Assembly (NCBI GenBank): GCA_951406725.2
Contig: OX597815.1
Span: 30,008,001-30,072,000 of the forward strand
Length of the DNA: 64,000 bases
Direction of reading: 5' to 3'
Source: Octopus vulgaris
Lineage: Eukaryota
Part shown: positions 1 through 11,712 of the stretch, piece after piece
Layout: each line of letters opens with the position of its first letter
Numbering within the stretch: the first letter of the stretch is position 1
The notes under the pieces: model-generated
Seen by the model: the letters and a program-made list of their open reading frames with translations, nothing else
What the model was told of the DNA's origin: nothing
Database searches by the model: none
Translations under genes and position numbers: made by a program

Positions 1-343
1 ATGTGAGGATCTTGTAGATGGTGTTAAGACATGATATTTATCGGTAGTTCTGTGTCTTCATTTTTTTTGGTAGAAGGTACGTTGTTCCGTCAGTCAGCCA
101 GAGAGGTATTTGCTTTGGGTTCTAGATGACATCAGTTAGAGATGCAGCGAAATTTTGGTGAACTTCTGTCAAACAATTCAGCCAGAAGTTAGGGATTCGG
201 TCCATCCTGGAGTTTTCCATTTGTGGGACTTCCTGAGAACATATCTTAGCTCTTTGATTTCTATTGCCTTCAATTTTTGCTCTTCATCTTAATCCAGTCT
301 CATTCTTCTTACGCTCTATCCAGCCAGCTTTAGCATGATATTC
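1..343 (-). mobile_element. Decayed Dong/R4-clade non-LTR retrotransposon, RT N-terminal fragment (runs off the window start)
   Basis: Manual minus-strand translation with frameshifts and stops: LRYVLRKSHKWKTPG-DRIPNFWLNCL...IPLWLTDGTTYLLPK...NYR*ISCLNTIYKILT, matching the WKxPGxDxIxNFW / WLTxGxTxLxPK / NYRPIxCL pattern of R4/Dong RTs. The 5'-truncated end abuts (TAT)n at 344-398. Confidence 0.8.
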
Positions 344-398
<55 letters not shown>

Positions 399-905
399 GC
401 GTAGAGAGCAAGGCATGTCATCAAAGGCACATTGGGGTAAAGATATACAAAGCTCTATAAACACATCTTATAACACCATACACACGAATCTCAACCATAT
501 GTGGACGACATAGTGAACCCATACCAAGATAAACAGCGTATGACCTTGCAAATGGAGCCCAATTTGGATTTTCTTGAGACCGAGAAGCCCATCCTGCTCT
601 AAAGGCCATTGAATAAGAGTTATTTATGGATAATGGACGAAACACCCATTTTTCCAGGGATCAATTATTTAAATCCCAAAGAATTCCTCTCAATATGTGG
701 CTATGATGCTCACCCACTACTCCTGCTCGTGATCAGAGATGCACATATCATCAGTCACTAAGGGACCGGCTCCACTGGTTAAGATCAAGCAACTGACAAG
801 CAAATCTATGGTATTGAACAGAACATTTGAGGCAGACAAACGTGTACATAAGATAGCACTTCTAATCATTTAAGATCAGAAGCCACGGGAGCCACTGCCT
901 GGTAC

Positions 906-906
<1 letters not shown>
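399..906 (-). repeat. Interspersed repeat between two (TAT)n arrays, family unassigned
   Basis: Higher-complexity island bounded sharply by (TAT)n at 344-398 and 906-969. It resembles a common octopus repeat from memory; there is no second copy in the window. Confidence 0.4.
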
Positions 907-953
<47 letters not shown>

Positions 954-970
954 CATTATTATTATTATTT

Positions 971-1110
971 AAGTTCAAATGCTGTCGAGGTTGACTTTGC
1001 CTTTCATACTTTCGGAGTCGATAAATTAAGTACCAGTGAAAGAATGGAGTCGATGTAATCGTCTAGTTCTCTCCAACAAAATTTCAGGCCCTGTTCCTAT
1101 AGTAGAAAGG

Positions 1111-1164
<54 letters not shown>

Positions 1165-1530
1165 GAAGTTCAAATGCTGCTGAGATCGTCTTTGCCTTTA
1201 ATTATTTCGGGTGTGATAAAATAAGTACCACTTGAGCACTGGGATCGATGTAATCGACTTCCACTTCACCGAAATTGCTGGCCTTGTACCAAAATTTAAG
1301 ACAAATATTAATAAATTCTACTGCGACGAACTGGCAGAATCGTTAGCACGCCGGGCAAAATGCCAAGTAGCATTTGTCCTTTATGTTCTAAGTTCAAATT
1401 CCGTCAAGGTCAGCTTTGCCTTTCGTCTTTTTGAGGACGATAAAAGAAGTCTCAGTTGTGCACTGGATTTGATGCAATCGACTTGCATCCCCCTCGAAAT
1501 TGCTGGCCTTGTGCCAAATTCTGAAACCAG
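971..1530 (+). mobile_element. Three tandem decayed copies of SINE family A (tail type A2)
   Basis: The block GTTCAAAT..GCCTTT..GATAAA..AAGTACCA..TCGATGTAATCG..AAATT(GCT/TCA)GGCC(T/C)TGT recurs at ~971-1110, ~1166-1310 and ~1320-1530. The third copy keeps the head GCGACGAACTGGCAGAATCGTTAGCACGCCGGGC. Confidence 0.85.
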
Positions 1531-1864
1531 TTGTAATAAACTTGAAACGAGTAGTAAACTTGAAGCAAATATTACAAATATTATTTGAGACACTATATAG
1601 ATACGTGGTACAACACCGGTTCCAAATTTCATGTCAGCCAATATGAAAATTTAATAAACACTCATGATAAAAATGATATTAAGGAAATATATTCTATAAT
1701 TATAGACATAATAGAAAGACAAATTTTGTCTGAAAGTAACAAAAGATTGAGAAACTCACAAGTTCAAAGTTCAAAAACAATAATACAATGGAATCATAAT
1801 TCTAAAGTTAAGATAGCCAAATTCATTCACACGCAACTGACTAAAATTATGAAGGATTATTTTG

Positions 1865-2027
1865 GCACAGATTTATGGTTTAAGAAACTCGCTTTCAGAT
1901 CACTTGATTTTCGGGTTCAATTTCATTGCGGGGCACCTTGGACAAGTGTAATTTACTATAGTTCCGAGTCGACCAATGCTTTGTGACAGAATTTGGTAGA
2001 CGGAAACTCTGCAGAAGAATGTCGTGA
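1865..2027 (+). mobile_element. SINE family B, decayed 5' half
   Basis: CGGGTTCAAT..GGCACCTTGGACAAGTG..ACTATAG..GACCAATGCTTTGTGA..TTTGGTAGACGGAAACT aligns to the full copy at 28935. Confidence 0.75.
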
Positions 2028-2259
2028 ATCTATCTATCTATCTATCTATGAAATTAATGCAATTAAAATTATTGCATACAGTGCTCAGGTGCACCACAAT
2101 TTGTCAGAAAGTGCATATAGAGTATATGCAGTAAAATGTTAGCGATGTGTTTTGTCCAACGCAAATCACTGTCGACAATAACACCCAGGTCACGTTCACA
2201 CGAAGACTTTTTGAGATTAGTGCTGTGGAGGGAATAGGTGGACGCTGGCTAATTATATA

Positions 2260-2319
<60 letters not shown>

Positions 2320-2594
2320 TGTGTGTATGTGTGTCCTTGTGCTTGTGTATGCTTCACCATTGCTTGACAAGTTGAATTAATTTAAATTATTAACAAAAAG
2401 GACGAAAAAAAAAACAAACAAAAACGAGAAAGAGAAATTCAAAGGCTTAAAAAGAAATATTAAAATTATATCACTATTACAATAGTTAAGAAATACATGC
2501 GAAATAAATATATCAGCTTTTGTATAATTTGAAAATAACTCTTCCAAAATATAATTGATTTACATATATGCGTAAATATTCGCGCGTGTGCGTG

Positions 2595-2724
2595 GAAGCT
2601 CGTGGTTTAGTGGTTAGGGGTGTCAGCATTACGATCGTAAGATTGTGGTTTCGACTCCTGGACCGGGCGACGCGTTGTGTTCTTGAGCAAAACACTTCAT
2701 TTCACGTTGCTCCAGTCCACTCAG
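2595..2724 (+). mobile_element. tRNA-derived SINE head, family D
   Basis: Box A TGGTTTAGTGGTTAG and box B-like GGTTTCGACTCC, followed by TTGTGTTCTTGAGCAAAACACTT; ends in (TG)n. Confidence 0.7.
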
Positions 2725-3082
2725 TGTGTGTGTGTGTGTGTGAGAGAGAGAGTCTATGTACGCGCATGCGACTTTTAGTGATACTTGTAACTAGAAATAT
2801 ATAATATTTTATTATGGAGTATCACATATATTTTTCTGTTGTGACGCGTTACTTCGAAGAAGAGTGCGAGCCAGCAAGTTCATAATTAATTCCTGAATAA
2901 TTCATTTATTTTTTTATCGAGTGGAAAAAAAAAAGATGATAGTCAGTAACTCAGAATTTCCAATTATTTGGTTATTTTTAAAAGACAAATCAGAACACTA
3001 AGGTAGGCAAAGTTTAAATTAAATCAGCTACCAGCCATAATTCTGAACAGAAGACCTATTTTCCATATTTCAAGAAAAGGTC

Positions 3083-3141
<59 letters not shown>

Positions 3142-3538
3142 ATTTATAGACAACAGAATAACAATGGAATTTTAAACAAAAATGAAAAAATGAAGCATTA
3201 AAATTGTTGAAAAAAGAAACAGTTTGTGAACAATACATAACTTTAAATACGTCCCATGTCTGTTCCAGATTGCCTTTGTATCTCTGCTAAATATATCGTC
3301 CTTTTTATATCTCACACTAAACTGTTTTAAATTGAGTTATATACATTTTTATAACAAACTAATATCAAAATAGAATTTAATTTAGTCATTTACTTTAAAA
3401 ATATTACCGTATAAATATTTTAGTACCTCGAATTTGCTGGCTTCTTTGATAAAAAACAAAATGTAAAATGAGAAATAAAGCGAAAAAATTGCACGTTTTT
3501 CATGCCAGTAACTACTGGTTTGCTGTTGTTGTCGCTGG

Positions 3539-3566
3539 TATTATTATTATTATTATTATTATTATG

Positions 3567-3623
<57 letters not shown>

Positions 3624-3660
3624 GTTATTATTATTATTATTATCATTATTATTGTTATTA

Positions 3661-3722
<62 letters not shown>

Positions 3723-3724
3723 GT
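3539..3724. repeat. (ATT)n microsatellite
   Basis: ~185 bp of near-perfect ATT repeat. Confidence 0.98.
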
Positions 3725-4728
3725 TTTCTTTCTTCTATGACAGTAATTTCGTTAGAAGTATTGTATCATGTAATATTTGGATTATTTCACTCTATTATTG
3801 AATGGAACACTGTCCTTTCCATTTTCTCAATCCATTTATTAGTGATTATACAAGCATAACATGGACGCCAAATTCTTTTTCTTTTCCCCTTATATATATA
3901 TATATGTATATATATAGCTTTTGTGTTTGGGGAGAAGAAAAACACCGGGAAAACTATAAAACTGGAAAAGTAAAACGATAAAGTAAAAAAAGAAGAAAAA
4001 AGGAACGGAAAAAAAACTAATCATAACTGGTTTGGATGACAAGTCAATGAAATTATGGCTGAACATTATTCCCAAGATTAAAAAGAGAAAAACATCAACA
4101 TGAACGAAAACAATGATATCGGTGGGAGCAAACTGAAAGAGAAGAAAAATAAGAAAGAAGAGGAACTAAAAAAAGAATTTGTAAAGCATACAATATAAAT
4201 AGAATGCTGATGAAATTGCTATCACAAACAACGTTCCACCACCCATCATCACCCTCGCCAACCCCACCCTAATTTATTTTACTAAACTACTATCAGAAAG
4301 ATGGTCGTGTTCTTATTAAAGCCAATGAAATTTACAAACATATAGCAAATTGCTATCGATTCTTCAGCACACAGTAAATTCTTCGTCATCAGTATCAGTA
4401 TTCATAGATTTATCTACATTGGAATGATCTTGATCATTATTTGCAGAGCAGATAACCTTTTTACTAGAAAAACAATTCGATTGCTATCACCCAAACGGGG
4501 ATTGAATTATTGATTGTTGTCACTAATTAGCCATCGTAATGTGAATATTGATCTTGATCAGCGACTCTGTGTTTTGGCTGTCACAATCTCAAATGTTTGA
4601 TAATGATTAAAATTTGATAAGTGAATTAAACTGTTCGAAAACGAATGAATGTTTATTTACAGACTTCAAACGATAAGTCGCGTTTCTGTGCTTTTCCCAA
4701 ACTACATCTGTTTACGTATGTGTACAAA

Positions 4729-4788
<60 letters not shown>

Positions 4789-4842
4789 TATATATGTATC
4801 ATACATACAAATATATATATATATATAGATAGATAGATATAC

Positions 4843-4877
<35 letters not shown>

Positions 4878-4879
<2 letters not shown>

Positions 4880-5097
4880 GATAAAAATGGTAAGACAACA
4901 AAAGAATGAAAGAGACCGCGATATTATGTAAATAGAGACAGTTATCTGTAAATGTAATATGTGACAATTATTCGATAGCCATAAAACTCCTAGTTTCGGA
5001 TGCCGAGGTGGAAATCCACGCCGCCGTGGATTTCCACTTCGGCATCCGAAACTAGGAGTTTTATGGCTATCGAATAATTGTCACATATTACATTTAC

Positions 5098-5102
<5 letters not shown>
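4878..5102 (-). mobile_element. PLE-type 3' terminus with inverted duplication (fold-back) in (TA)n
   Basis: 78-bp arms at 4943-5020 and 5025-5102 with 1 mismatch and a 4-nt loop. Homologous to the non-palindromic copy at ~26600-26769; (TA)n on both sides. Confidence 0.75.
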
Positions 5103-5176
<74 letters not shown>

Positions 5177-5390
5177 TATTTAAACAAGCCAATGACAATT
5201 GCATAACAAAAAACAAGCCGGTTTTCCAGTATAAAGAAAATATTGAAAATGTTTTTAATGACAAAAATCATGAAAATATGTAGTTTTATAAACTTACTAA
5301 CATACACAGATTTTAACATTATCATCTGCAGAACTCTCTCAGAATGTGCATATCTATCTCTCTATTTACCTGCCTGTCTGTCTGTCTGTC

Positions 5391-5711
5391 CGATCGAGGG
5401 AACAGCCTACTTGTGAAATTAACGTGCAAGTGGCTGAGCGCTCCACATACACGTATACCCTTAACGTAGTTCTCGGGGGGTAGATTCAGTGTGACACAGA
5501 GTCTCTGACAAGGCTGACCCTTTGAAAAACAGGTATAAAACAGAAATAGGAAGATAGAGTGAGAGAAAGTTTTGGTGAAAGAGTACAGCAGGGTTCGCCA
5601 CCATCGCCTGCCGGAGCCTTGTGGGGCTTTAGGTGTTTTTGCTCAATAAACACTCACAACACCCAGTCTGCGATCCTACGACCGCGAGTCCGCTGCCCTA
5701 ACCACTGGGCC
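5391..5711 (-). mobile_element. tRNA-derived SINE family C, tail type C2
   Basis: The minus strand begins GGCCCAGTGGTTAGGGCAGCGGACTCGCGGTCG, the same head and body as the 40811 copy, with a different 3' half. Confidence 0.8.
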
Positions 5712-6104
5712 GTCTGTCTGTGTGTCTACCTGTCTGTCCATCTGCATTATATTATGCGCGCGTGAGCATATGTACAAACATGTATGTTTGTACATATACG
5801 CAATTCTATTCACAGCTATAACTTCATTTCACATAAATAACATACAGATAGCTGCTGTTTATATCAGATCGAAAACATTGTACATATGCCAGTCAGTTTT
5901 AATTAAAACTATAAAGTATTAACCATCATCTCCTACTTTCTCTTATTGCTTTAGGTTTTTATTTCACATTCATTCTGAGAAGATATATTCTTACTTCTAA
6001 TTTTTTTAAATTTTCATTCGTTCATTCTTTCTCCATCCTCGCTTCTCACTATATCTCTTCAGTACCCATTTATACATTGCACATTCACTTGTTGTAATTT
6101 GCCG

Positions 6105-6621
6105 TATCTTTTATCTTTTGTTTTTTACTCGTTTAATCATTAGACTGCGGCCATGCTGGGGCACACCCTTGAAGGATTTTTTAGTCGAATGCATTGACCT
6201 CAGTATTTATTTTTTTGTTAAGCCTGGCATTTATTCAATTGGTCTTTTAGTGACAAACCATGTATGTGAAGAACTATGTTTGTTACAGGGACATAAACAC
6301 GCCGACATCGGTTGTCAACCGAAGGTGGAGCGACAAACACACACACACACACACACTCTTTCTATCTCTCTCTCTCTCACACACCCACCCACCCACTCTC
6401 TCTCACACACACACTCTTTCTCACACACACACACACTCTTTCTCATATATACATATATACGACGCGCTTCTTTCAGTTTGCATCTACCAAATCCACTCAC
6501 AAGGATTTGGTCGGCCTGAGGCTATGGTAAAAGACACCTGTCTAAGGTGTCACGTAGTGGAACCGAACCCCAAACAACGTTGTCGGAAAGAAAGCTTCTA
6601 ACCATACAGCCACGCCTGCGC
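6105..6621 (-). mobile_element. SINE family B, full-length diverged copy
   Basis: The reverse complement aligns to 28935-29351; the internal (CA)/(CT) tract is expanded. Confidence 0.85.
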
Positions 6622-7225
6622 TTGTTTAAATAATGTTTTATATATTTCCAGTATGAGACGCACAAATATAAGATTATAAATGTGATGAAGAGAAGGTTGC
6701 GGTATTCATCTATTTTAAAGAATATTTCAATAGGAATGTTACTTTTTCTACTTTATAATAACGAGATTATCGTCTCTATAGTACTTATTAACCAATGTCT
6801 AGGTCCGTTTTATGGCTTTTAAGTAAAAGTGTGAAAGCTCTGCTCTAATACTTTCATCTAACCTGAGCTGACATTTTTAGAACATCTCGTATTTATTCAC
6901 GATTGCCAGGTATCGTGAATATACAAAGAAATGTGTTCATGAATCCGAAATGATGTCTTATATATATGGATAATGGAATTCTACCCACTCAGCTAATTTG
7001 CCTGGACGTAAAAATCACGGGATGCTTATAATTCGAAATACGGAGACTTGCGAAGAAAGGAAGAATTTGCTGATCTCCGGGGATTCAATATGCGAAACGT
7101 TGCCTGTTTTATACATGTGCATGTGTGTGTGTGTGTGTGTTTGTGTATGTGTGCGATCGTGCGTGTGTGTATGTATATATGTATATACAAATATGTATGC
7201 ATATATATATATATATATATGTCTG

Positions 7226-7298
<73 letters not shown>

Positions 7299-7362
7299 AT
7301 ATATACGAAAAGTGGATGGCATGACAAAGGAATAAACGATTATTTTATGAACTTTATATGGT

Positions 7363-7433
<71 letters not shown>

Positions 7434-7637
7434 GTGTGTGTGTGTGTGTGTCTATATGTGTTTGTGTATGCCTTCTGCATGTAAACACGCACATGCATAT
7501 TGAAAAAGGAAAGCGTCACTGTATGGTGAGGTAACAATTTTATAGTGCAAATCCTATTTTAGTCACAGCTTTGTGTTTGTCGTAAAAGATAGTTTGACAA
7601 TGGACGATTTTTGCATTCACCATTATATGTATTATTA

Positions 7638-7682
<45 letters not shown>

Positions 7683-7968
7683 GTAGTAGTAGTAGTAGTA
7701 GTAATGTAGGAAAATTATGAGTGTTTCTTTGCTTTCTTGTATTGAATTCAATTCAGAGTGTTGCAGTACTATCAAATTTGGGTAGCTATATTGTCTGTGT
7801 TGTGTGCAACAGATAAAAGGAAAAGGTTAAGAGAGGAGAGTAAACTCTCGCAGAAAAAAATTCTGTGGTCAGTTTGTCTGCTTATTTGCAATTTTTCTAC
7901 TTGGTTCTGAAGCCAAACAGCTTTCAAATATCATTATCATTCAGTGGAAATACATGTACATGTAGTCA

Positions 7969-7970
7969 GC

Positions 7971-8013
<43 letters not shown>

Positions 8014-8026
8014 GCTACTACTGCTG

Positions 8027-8095
<69 letters not shown>

Positions 8096-8137
8096 ACTAC
8101 TACTACAACTACTACTACTACCACCACCACCACCACC

Positions 8138-8202
<65 letters not shown>

Positions 8203-8292
8203 CGCTGCTGCTGCTGCTGCTGTTTCTGCTGCCACATCTAATACTACTACTCCAACTACTACTACTACTACCAACACCACCACCACCACCAC
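7969..8292. repeat. Compound (CTA)/(CCA)/(CTG)n microsatellite
   Basis: Direct inspection; followed by a SINE A fragment at ~8305-8355 (minus). Confidence 0.95.
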
Positions 8293-8400
8293 AATGCCAG
8301 CAACTAGTACTTATTTCATCGACCCCGAAAGGATGAAAGAGCAAAGCCGACTTCAATACCAATAATGACAAAGCATTTCTCTCTCTCTCTCTCTCTCTCT

Positions 8401-8462
<62 letters not shown>

Positions 8463-9202
8463 CATATATATATATATATGTATATATGCATGTGTGCGTG
8501 TGTGCCTGTGTATGTGTGTGTGAGTGTGCGTGTGTGCGTTTGTCACGCTAATGCTCGTGATGTTTTGACCAAATATTTACCCTTACGCAATTACGAATTC
8601 AAATCGAGTGGCTTTCGTCATGACTCAGTAAAATAAGTCACCTCTCACTCTCACTTCCAACATGCCACTGCTAGATTATTTTGCTTTTTGTATTGTCGTA
8701 GACATTTTGAGGCCGATCGTCCCCACTAACATCACAACAACCATCTGTGCCAGCAAATTCACCAGCGAAAATTTTCCTGTGAGAATTCATAATTCATATA
8801 TTTTATTCGGCATCATTATATAAAATAATATTTTGTTTTTACAAGTGGCTCTTTTTTTTCTCTTTCATAACAGTAATTTTTTTGTGACATTTCTAATTCT
8901 CTCGTGATAATTTTTATTTTTAAGTTATAGCTATAGCTATATCCAGGTTATAGCTGATATGGTAGGCAATTTTGTTTTGACCAACGATTCGTAATTAACT
9001 TTTACAGTTTATAGTTAGGATCTTATCTTTTGTCTTCTTATCTTATACTTGTTTCAGTAATTGAACAGAAGCCATTCAAAGCACTGTCTTCAAGGGTTTA
9101 GGCTTGCCAAGTGTTGGTGGGGACAAAGAAAAAGTCACAAGTGTGTATACATAAACAAACACATATGTATGTGAGAGGATTCCACAGAGTTTCCATTTGC
9201 CG

Positions 9203-9384
9203 AGTCCCATAGAGGACGACGCTACTGTTGTTTATAGTCCCAGGAGGACATCTCCTCCAGCTGGCTAACGTAAGGCTAGAGATGGGAACGATGATTTCCC
9301 TTCGCAGAGAGTGTGACGTTAGCCAGCTGGAGGAAATGTCCTCCTGGGGTAAAAAATAACAGTAGGATCGTCCTCTATGGGACT
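9203..9384. mobile_element. MITE-like element with ~68-bp imperfect TIRs
   Basis: AGTCCCATAGAGGACG..CCCAGGAGGACAT..CTCCAGCTGGCTAACGT versus ACGTTAGCCAGCTGGAG..ATGTCCTCCTGGG..CGTCCTCTATGGGACT; no clear TSD. Confidence 0.75.
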
Positions 9385-9550
9385 GCCACATTTAGTTGGC
9401 AAATATGCTTCACAATTCCGTGCCTCTAATGTTTACATCTCGCTCAGAGATTTAATATTGCTTATATATATATGTGAGTGTACGTGTGCGTGCGTGTGTG
9501 TGTGTGAGTGTGTGTTGCTGTGTGTGTATACATACACATATATATATATT

Positions 9551-9581
<31 letters not shown>

Positions 9582-9619
9582 TCATATATATATTTACACA
9601 TACATACATATATACACAT

Positions 9620-9843
9620 ACTTCCGGTCATTAAAAATGTAACCTCATGAGTACCGTTAACGATTTTTTTCCTCCGTCTTTCCTTCTTTGGATCTTTCCT
9701 TTTCCTATGTTTCTGACGAAGAGCTCCGCTCGAAACGTTAAACCCTCCTTCTTTCCTTCTTTCCTGAGTGTCCAATAATACTATACTTGTTCCGCGTCTT
9801 CACGTTGTTGTGTTTTCTCTTTGCGTTTTCATGTTTGGATTAA

Positions 9844-9847
<4 letters not shown>
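9620..9847 (+). mobile_element. PLE 3' terminus (pseudo-LTR) between TA/CA microsatellites
   Basis: Contains CTGACGAAGAGC..GCTCGAAACGTTAAA, similar to the termini of the RT- and GIY-YIG-bearing PLE copies at 25494 and 44164. Confidence 0.7.
9709..9743 (+). ncRNA. Minimal type I hammerhead ribozyme-like motif
   Basis: Stem I GTTT/AAAC, core CTGACGA plus one extra A, stem II GAGC-tcc-GCTC, then GAAA-CG-TT with palindromic AACGTT. Activity is unknown. Confidence 0.6.
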
Positions 9848-9893
<46 letters not shown>

Positions 9894-9896
<3 letters not shown>

Positions 9897-10084
9897 GGTC
9901 CCGGGTTGATTCGGGGTTAACCACAGTAAATAAGGTACTCAATACATAGTAGAGTAAAATTAATTTATTATATAGGAGCTTCTACAGGACTAGAACTGTT
10001 TCATTCAAGAGAAATCTTCAGGAGCTTCCTGAAGATTTCTCTTGAATGAAACAGTTCTAGTCCTGTAGAAGCTCCTTCTATATA

Positions 10085-10090
<6 letters not shown>
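9894..10090. mobile_element. Fold-back insert in (TA)n with hammerhead-like core
   Basis: Perfect 50-bp arms at 9974-10023 and 10027-10076, extendable to 9963/10090 with a small indel. CTGAAGA at 10029, GAAAC at 10048 and GTC at 10060. Confidence 0.65.
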
Positions 10091-10155
<65 letters not shown>

Positions 10156-10168
10156 CATATACATATAT

Positions 10169-10430
10169 ATAGAATGGTTGTATACTGTCAATTCAACGTG
10201 ACAGTAGGGGATTACACCACCGCTGTTTAGCCCTAGGAAGCATCGACGCCTCCTGATGGCTTCGACACATTTTTTTTTTGTCGAAGCCATCAGGAGGCGT
10301 CGATGCTTCCTAGGGCTAAACAGCGGTGGTGTAATCCCTTACTGTCACGTTAAATTGACAGTATACAACCATTCTATCGCCCCACCACCGTACATATCTC
10401 TATGAGATATTTAGAAATTTAATATTTCTG

Positions 10431-10431
<1 letters not shown>
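10169..10431. mobile_element. Fold-back insert in (TA)n, arms related to the 9203 MITE TIR
   Basis: 99-bp arms at 10169-10267 and 10279-10377 with 2 mismatches and a T-rich spacer, then an unpaired tail to ~10431. Confidence 0.7.
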
Positions 10432-10472
<41 letters not shown>

Positions 10473-11004
10473 AACATAAGGTGCATGAAGTAGAGTTGAG
10501 TAAAATATTTTCGATGAAATCAGATTTAACCCGTTCAAGTACATTCAGGCGTGGAAAGACCTCCTGTCGTGGAATAGTATCGGGTGAAAATTCTCCTCAA
10601 CGACTTGAGTGAAAGTACATTGGACTGTGAGTGATGTCACTGGATTATAGGAAGCATGGGGTTTTAGCGTTCTTTCACATGGTTAGCTGCGAAAACTAAA
10701 TCTGATTTCACAGCCTCAAAGGCACAGTTCGGTCTTACATTAAAACAGAAAGAGGTAGGTTTGTTGACGTGCGTACAGCGTGGTCAAGTTAAAAAGACAA
10801 AATTTCGTTGCAGAATAGTCTGCAAAGCAATTCTAGCCTCCATAAAGAAATTAATCAAAATCTATCCATTTTAATATTTTAAATATGTATCTCCTGTGTT
10901 GTTTTGCGATTATTGATGTATACTAAGCACCTTGTATATGTATATATAGATATATGTAAGTACACACACACACACACACACGCGCGCGCGCACACACACA
11001 CACA

Positions 11005-11068
<64 letters not shown>

Positions 11069-11128
11069 TGTATGTAGAATTTTGGAAAATCTACACTTCC
11101 GCTACTACTACTACTACTACTACTTATA

Positions 11129-11178
<50 letters not shown>

Positions 11179-11179
<1 letters not shown>

Positions 11180-11619
11180 TCTATCTATTAAGGTTACCAA
11201 TGGTTTCATATTAAGAAAATAGCTTAATATCTTATGCAAATAAGCTTAATAAATTATAATATCTTAAAACACGAAAAATCACGGGATTAGGTCTTGCGAA
11301 CAAAGCAAGAAATCAATGGTAGGAGTGCGACTCTTGGGTCACACCTTTTGGGTGATTATCTCCCTTGGGTTTGATATTTGGAAATATATTGTGCTGGACG
11401 ATATTTTCCCTTGCATCATATTATACTCTGGGTGTGTGTGATATCTGTATCTTTGTGTGATGAGAGAGTTCATCATAAATTTATCGCGAATTCCCGTGGA
11501 TTTTTGCGTTTTAATCCAAAATGAAGATGAACACCATTCGTCCATGTGATGAGCTTGGAAAATATATTAAGATATTTTCTTAACATGAAACCAATGGTTG
11601 CCTTAATACACATATAGAG
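11179..11619. mobile_element. MITE with ~50-bp TIRs and internal inverted subterminal repeats
   Basis: TATTAAGGTTACCAATGGTTTCATATTAAGAAAATAGCTTAATAT versus ATATTAAGATATTTTCTTAACATGAAACCAATGGTTGCCTTAATA. A second inverted pair lies at ~11263-11288 and ~11489-11514. Confidence 0.75.
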
Positions 11620-11639
11620 GACTTTTATCCATCATTGTT

Positions 11640-11679
11640 GGAGTGGATTTGGTAGACGGAAACTGAAAGAAGCCCGTCG

Positions 11680-11712
<33 letters not shown>

